Assembly (NCBI GenBank): GCA_041496385.1
Contig: JBGQEL010000005.1
Coordinates: 1 to 64,000, forward strand
Reading direction: 5' to 3'
DNA: 64,000 nucleotides
Source of the DNA: Candidatus Methylomirabilia bacterium
GTDB taxonomy: Bacteria > Methylomirabilota > Methylomirabilia > Rokubacteriales > CSP1-6
The notes beneath the pieces are model-generated. The model worked only from the letters and a program-made list of their open reading frames with translations, was not told the DNA's origin and ran no database searches. Numbering within the stretch: position 1 is the first letter of the stretch; the number at the start of each line of letters is the position of its first letter. Below, piece by piece: positions 59,040 through 64,000 of the stretch. Both the position numbers and the translations under genes were made by a program.

Positions 59040-59957
59040 TCAGCCCCCCGCGCGCGTCCCCGAGATCGTACGGCCGAGGCGCGCCTCGACGACGTGGGTG
59101 ACCGCCGAGAAGTCCTGCCCGCCCCAGCCCTGCGCGGCGGCCTCTCCGAACGCCTGGAGCGTCTCGCGGAGGATCGGCATGTGCGCGAGGCTCGCGCCCG
59201 CCATCCCCGCCGCAAGCGTCACGTCCTTCAGCATCAGGTCCGCCGTGAAGGTGGGCTCGAAGTTGCCGTCGACGACCCGGAGGGCGCGGCGGTCGAAGTA
59301 GGTGGAGTAGGCCATGCCGCCGCCGTTCTTCACGACCTCGTAGTACGTCCGCGGATCGACCCCGAGCCCCACGCAGAGCGCCAGCGACTCGGCGACCGCG
59401 ACCGCGTTGACCGCGCCGAGCGCGTTGTGGAGGAGCTTGATCCGGTTGCCCGTTCCCGAGGGCCCGACGTACATCGTGAGGCGCCCCATGACGTCGAGCA
59501 TCGGCTGGATCGCCGCGAGCCGGTCGCGCTCGCCGCCCACCATGAAGAAGATCTCGCCCGACTCGGCCTGCGGCGACGAGCCGAGCATGGGCGTGTCCAT
59601 GTGCGTCACGCCCTTCGGCCCCGCGGCGGCGTGGATCGCCTGCGAGACCCCGGGGCTCACGGTGGAGCAGTCGCAGGTCACGAGCCCCGGCCGGCCACCG
59701 GCGAGCACGCCGTCGGGCCCGAGATAGGTCGCCCTGACGATGTCGTCGTTCGGCAGCGCGCTGAAGAGCACGCGCGCGCGCGCCGCCACCTCGCGCGGCG
59801 AGGGCTGCGCCGTCACCCCGGCCGCCGAGGCGGCGCGCGCGGCCGCCGTCGGGTCGACATCGAAGACGTGAACGGAGTAGCCGGCCTTGGCGAGGTTGCG
59901 GGCCATGGGCCCGCCCATCCGGCCGAGGCCGATGAATCCGATCTCTCCCTGGCTCAT
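59040..59957 (-). CDS. 3-hydroxyisobutyrate dehydrogenase-family NAD(P)-dependent oxidoreductase
   Basis: GFIGLGRMGGPMA, DCSTVSP, KLLHN, KD. Confidence 0.9.
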   Translation of the reverse strand: MSQGEIGFIGLGRMGGPMARNLAKAGYSVHVFDVDPTAAARAASAAGVTAQPSPREVAARARVLFSALPNDDIVRATYLGPDGVLAGGRPGLVTCDCSTVSPGVSQAIHAAAGPKGVTHMDTPMLGSSPQAESGEIFFMVGGERDRLAAIQPMLDVMGRLTMYVGPSGTGNRIKLLHNALGAVNAVAVAESLALCVGLGVDPRTYYEVVKNGGGMAYSTYFDRRALRVVDGNFEPTFTADLMLKDVTLAAGMAGASLAHMPILRETLQAFGEAAAQGWGGQDFSAVTHVVEARLGRTISGTRAGG

Positions 59958-60076
59958 CCATTCTCCCTATGTCCCTGTGTCGTTTGCATCTCTTTCGCGG
60001 ATCGCGGCGCCGCCATATAATCTCGCCACCTGAGCCGTCTGTCACTCACGAAGGCGAACCTCACCGAGGAGGAGAT

Positions 60077-61435
60077 ATGGACCAGCGGCTGCGCAACCTC
60101 GCCGAACAGCTCGACGCGGGCCTCATCGCGCGCCGGGAGTTCCTCAGAAAGGCCGCCGTCGTCACCGGCGGCACCGCCGCAGGGCTCGCCACGCTGCGCC
60201 GGATGGCCTCCGCGCAACCGAAGACGAAGCTTCGGGCCTGGCTCTTCAAGAGCTTCGTCACCAACGCCAACGACATCCTTGGCCGGCAGATCGAGGCCTG
60301 GGCCAAGGATCGTAAGGTGGACGTCGAGATGGACTGGGCGACCTTCGGCGACCGCGAGCCGAAATTCGTCGCAGCCATCGAGGCCGGCAATCCGCCGGAT
60401 CTGGCGGAGATGCACATCATGGGGCCCACCCGGTACAAGGCCGTGCTGCGCGACGTGTCCGCGCTCGCGGGCGACATCGCGCGCGCGAAGGGCGGGTTGC
60501 TGCCGTTCGCCGAGACCGCGATGAAGATCGACGGCAAGTTCCTGGGCGTGGCCCGCTACTCCATGACCACGGTGTTCTTCATCCGCAAGGACGTCATGGA
60601 GGCCAAGGGGCTCAAGCCCCCCAAGATCTACGACCCCGACGTCGTCGAGTTCGCCAGAAAAACCCAGGACCCGTCCAAGGATCTCTTCGGCTTTGGGCAA
60701 ACGCTCAATCGCTCTGACGACGGCGACGGCTTCATGGAGAACATCTTCTGGGACTACGGCGGGGGCTCGTGGGACAAGGAGGGCAAGCCCGCGCTCGGCA
60801 CGACGTTCAGGGCCCAAAATCTGAAGGCGCTCCAGTTCGCGGTGGATACGATCCAGAAGCACAAGATCCAGCCGCCCGGCGTGATGGGCTGGACGGACGT
60901 CTCGAACAACGAGTCGTACATGGCGGGCAAGCTCGTGACCACCAACAACGGGGCGAGTCTCTACTACGCCATGGTGACGAAGAAGCACGAGTTGGCGCCT
61001 AAGACTCAGCTGGTGTTGACCCCGGGCGGTCCTGGCGGCAGCTTCGTCGGCTCAAGCTGCTACAACTGGGGCATCTTCAGCAAGAGCAAGCTCGCCGACC
61101 TCTCCGAGGATCTGATCCGCTGGGTCGAGGACGAGAAGCACTTCAACGAGTACCTGCAAGTCTCGGTCGGTCAGGCGGGACCCGTGTACAAGGGGCGCGT
61201 GGACAACCCGTACTGGAAGTCCGACCCGAACTTCGAGGCGATCGTTCAGAATATTCTGCGCAGCGTGAACTACGGCTATCCTGGGCCCCTGACCTCGGCG
61301 GCGGTCGAGGTGCGTGCCCAGCACGTCCTCACGGACATGGCCGGGCGAGTCGTCGTGGGCGGACTCTCACCCGAGGCGGCCCTGAAGGAGGCACACGCGC
61401 GGGTGGAGGAGATCTACAAGATGCGCCGCGCGTAG
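60077..61435 (+). CDS. Carbohydrate ABC transporter substrate-binding protein (Tat signal)
   Basis: ARREFLRK twin-arginine motif, AAIEAGNPPD. GGAGGAG RBS. Confidence 0.85.
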   Translation: MDQRLRNLAEQLDAGLIARREFLRKAAVVTGGTAAGLATLRRMASAQPKTKLRAWLFKSFVTNANDILGRQIEAWAKDRKVDVEMDWATFGDREPKFVAAIEAGNPPDLAEMHIMGPTRYKAVLRDVSALAGDIARAKGGLLPFAETAMKIDGKFLGVARYSMTTVFFIRKDVMEAKGLKPPKIYDPDVVEFARKTQDPSKDLFGFGQTLNRSDDGDGFMENIFWDYGGGSWDKEGKPALGTTFRAQNLKALQFAVDTIQKHKIQPPGVMGWTDVSNNESYMAGKLVTTNNGASLYYAMVTKKHELAPKTQLVLTPGGPGGSFVGSSCYNWGIFSKSKLADLSEDLIRWVEDEKHFNEYLQVSVGQAGPVYKGRVDNPYWKSDPNFEAIVQNILRSVNYGYPGPLTSAAVEVRAQHVLTDMAGRVVVGGLSPEAALKEAHARVEEIYKMRRA

Positions 61436-61456
61436 GGGCGGCGCGGAGACACCTCG

Positions 61457-62407
61457 ATGGCCACGCCGGCGGCACGGCTCCCGGCCAGCGCGACGCTCGG
61501 CCGCCAGAGGACGGCGGTCGGGCTCGCGCAGTGGCTCGGGCGCGACTACCGCCTGGGCCTGCTCTTCGTCGCGCCGATCATCGCCCTGGTGCTGGCGCTG
61601 GTCGCGTACCCGTTCTGCTACGCGATCTACCTCAGCATGACGCGGAAGTACGTGGGCGTGCCGCCCGTGTGGGTGGGGTTCGACAACTACGTGAAGCTGA
61701 CCTGGGACGGCTTCTTCCGGCGCGCCGTTTACAACAGCTTCGTCTTCACCTTCGGCTCGGTCGCGGTGAAGGTCGTGCTCGGCATGGCGATGGCCCTCGT
61801 GCTGATGACGCACGTCCGGTTCCGCAGCTTCTGGACCGGCGTCCTCCTGATCCCCTGGGTCGCGCCCACCGTCGTCTCGGCGCTCAACTTCCTCTGGATC
61901 TACGACTACAGCCTCGGCGTTCTGAACTACCTCCTGGTGAAGGTGTTCCGCATCCTGCCCCAGGGCGTGGGCTGGCTCTCGGAGCCCGGCACGGCGATGG
62001 CGTCGGTCATCGCCGTCAACGTCTGGCGCGGCTTTCCCTTTTTCGGCATCTCCTTCCTCGCGGGCATGAAGGCGATCCCCGGGGAGGCGTACGAGGCGGC
62101 CGCCGTCGACGGCGCGGGCGCGCTCCAGCGCTTCCGCCACGTGACGCTGCCCGGGATCAAGAACATCATGATCATCGTGGTGCTGCTCTCGACGATCTGG
62201 ACCTTCAACGATTTCACGATCGTCTACATCCTCACCAAGGGCGGCCCCGGCGGAGCGACGCAGGTCCTGCCCGTGCTCACCTACGAGATCGCCTTCGGCG
62301 CCCAGCGCCTCGGCGAGGCCATCGCGGTGGCGCTCTACATGCTGCCCGCCATGGCCGCGGTGATCATCGTGCTCGCGCGCTACATGCGCCGGGGCAGGGC
62401 CGCGTGA
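61457..62407 (+). CDS. Carbohydrate ABC transporter permease
   Basis: VGFDNY, YEAAAVDGA..LQRFRHVTLP, TKGGP. Confidence 0.92.
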   Translation: MATPAARLPASATLGRQRTAVGLAQWLGRDYRLGLLFVAPIIALVLALVAYPFCYAIYLSMTRKYVGVPPVWVGFDNYVKLTWDGFFRRAVYNSFVFTFGSVAVKVVLGMAMALVLMTHVRFRSFWTGVLLIPWVAPTVVSALNFLWIYDYSLGVLNYLLVKVFRILPQGVGWLSEPGTAMASVIAVNVWRGFPFFGISFLAGMKAIPGEAYEAAAVDGAGALQRFRHVTLPGIKNIMIIVVLLSTIWTFNDFTIVYILTKGGPGGATQVLPVLTYEIAFGAQRLGEAIAVALYMLPAMAAVIIVLARYMRRGRAA

Positions 62408-63243
62408 GGAACCGGATCCTCGCTCGCGCGGAGACCCCGCTCGCGTACGCCGTCCTCCTGGCGCTCGCCCTCGTGGTCGTCTTCCCCTTCTACTGGATGT
62501 TCGTCACCTCGCTGAAGAGCGAGGAGCAGATGCGGAGCCTCGCCTCGATGTTCTGGCCGAGCCCCGTGGTGCTCGACAACTACCGCCAGCTCCTGGGCAA
62601 GACCGACTTCGCGGCCTGGTATGGCAACAGCATCGTCGTCGCCGTCAGCAGTACCTTCTTGGCCACCGCGATCGGGACACTTGGGGCCTACGCGCTGGCG
62701 CGGCTCAAGTTCTTCGGCCGCGCCTTCATGGCGAGCGCCACGCTCATCACGTACCTCGTGCCCCCGTCGATCCTGTTCATCCCCCTCTACGCGCAGATCC
62801 GGAACCTCGGCCTGGCCGACAGCCTGACCGGCCTCATCGTCGCCTATCCGAGCTTCACGGTGCCGTTCGTGACGTGGCTGCTCATGGGCTACTTCGAATC
62901 GATCCCCTTGGAGCTGGAGGAGTCAGCCATGATCGACGGCGCCACGCGCTTCGGCGCCTTCCGGCGCATCATCCTGCCGCTCGCGGCGCCCGGCGTGTTG
63001 GCGGCGGCGCTCTTCGCCTTCACCCAGGCGTGGAACGAGTTCCTCTACGCCCTCGTGTTCATCACGAACGTCAAGCTCCGCACGCTGCCCGTCGGGCTCT
63101 CGACCTTCATCACGGGCGACGTCTACGGCTGGGGTTTCCTGATGGCGGGGGCCGTGCTGACCACCCTGCCCGTGATCGCCGCCTACACCTATCTCCAGAA
63201 GTACATGGTCGAGGGGCTCACCGCCGGGAGCGTCAAGGGCTGA
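62404..63243 (+). CDS. Carbohydrate ABC transporter permease
   Basis: FPFYWMFVTSLK, ELEESAMIDGA, WNEFLYA, GLTAGSVKG. GTG start at 62404. Confidence 0.92.
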   Translation: MRNRILARAETPLAYAVLLALALVVVFPFYWMFVTSLKSEEQMRSLASMFWPSPVVLDNYRQLLGKTDFAAWYGNSIVVAVSSTFLATAIGTLGAYALARLKFFGRAFMASATLITYLVPPSILFIPLYAQIRNLGLADSLTGLIVAYPSFTVPFVTWLLMGYFESIPLELEESAMIDGATRFGAFRRIILPLAAPGVLAAALFAFTQAWNEFLYALVFITNVKLRTLPVGLSTFITGDVYGWGFLMAGAVLTTLPVIAAYTYLQKYMVEGLTAGSVKG

Positions 63244-63262
63244 CGCCTCCGCCGCCTCGGTC

Positions 63263-64000
63263 CTACAGGACCGCGGCGTGCACCACCCGCCCCTCGGCGA
63301 CGAGCGCCGATCCCCGGTGCGCGCTCAGGCGGAACTCGAAGAGCCGGCCCACGCCGGCGTTCCGCCTGAGTGTGCCCTCGACGGTCCCGAGGCGCCGCAG
63401 GAGCGCCTCGAGGCGGGTCCTGAGCCCGTAGTCGTCCACGTCCGACAGGGCGGGGCGGTCGTAGGTCTCGAGCGCGTAGGCGCGCAGCAGCTTCGGCCAC
63501 TCGCGCGCGAAGAGGCCCGCGTCCCGGAAGAGGTCGAGCCCCGCCATGCCGTCGGACGCGAACACCGCGGCGCCGAGCGCGCCGGGCGCCCTCCGCGCGT
63601 CCATCGAGCGCGCGACCTCGGTCTGGTGGGCCTGGACCTCGGGCTTGTCGTAAATCGCCTGGTAGCTCCCCGTCGCGGACCGCGCCTGCGCCAGCGCGGA
63701 GTAGCGGTTCACCTCGGCCCACACCTCGGACTGGCCGCGCTTGTCCAGCACCTTGGAGCGCAGCTGGGGCGCGGCGAACGCCCCGCGCCCGCCGAAGTCG
63801 GCGCCGCCGGGGGCCTGGCTCCAGCGCCCCTGCTCGACGCAGTACACCTCGAGGTCCACGGGGCCGGAGCGCGGCGGCAGCAGGACGTCCTCCACGACCA
63901 CGCGGTTCTGCTTGCCGCCGAGCAGGATCTCGCCGGCGAGCAGCAGGACGTGCGCCTTGCCGCGGTTGTCGACGACGAGTCCGGGTACCGAGGCGCGCGC
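63263..64000 (-). CDS. DUF6569/ARPP-1-like domain protein (5' end outside the window)
   Basis: LLAGEILLGGKQNRVV, YCVEQGRW, QSEVW, WPKLLRAYA. Confidence 0.7.
   Translation of the reverse strand, partial: ARASVPGLVVDNRGKAHVLLLAGEILLGGKQNRVVVEDVLLPPRSGPVDLEVYCVEQGRWSQAPGGADFGGRGAFAAPQLRSKVLDKRGQSEVWAEVNRYSALAQARSATGSYQAIYDKPEVQAHQTEVARSMDARRAPGALGAAVFASDGMAGLDLFRDAGLFAREWPKLLRAYALETYDRPALSDVDDYGLRTRLEALLRRLGTVEGTLRRNAGVGRLFEFRLSAHRGSALVAEGRVVHAAVL

Overview
A very GC-rich bacterial chromosome segment. The gene content and the small lineage-type proteins suggest Candidatus Rokubacteria/Methylomirabilota, but this is an inference and was not checked. Most of the window is housekeeping: groESL with a perfect CIRCE, MrfAB-like repair genes, rlmD, the TPR-lolB-ispE-tRNA-Gln-prs-rplY-pth cluster, and the rpsU-mutS2-dnaG-rpoD-tRNA-Ile2-zinc ribbon-rnhA-rnpB cluster. 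Accessory metabolism follows: an aldehyde oxidoreductase, flavin monooxygenases, hydantoinase/carbamoylase genes, ABC transporters and two ECF sigma/anti-sigma modules. The standout is a 3,272-bp element integrated into the 3' end of the RNase P RNA gene and bounded by a perfect 26-bp direct repeat (26142-26167 and 29414-29439). It carries a decayed tyrosine recombinase that the ORF track misses, a probable HUH rolling-circle Rep, a winged-helix protein, a small zinc-ribbon protein, a membrane-anchored cargo gene, a highly structured origin-like region and an attP that could fold as a single-stranded hairpin. Other features the ORF track misses or truncates: an ArsC-like selenoprotein (UxxC plus SECIS-like hairpin), an rnhA that appears to start at CUG, an RRM-rpsU2 operon, matched divergent ECF promoters, and widespread apparently leaderless genes.
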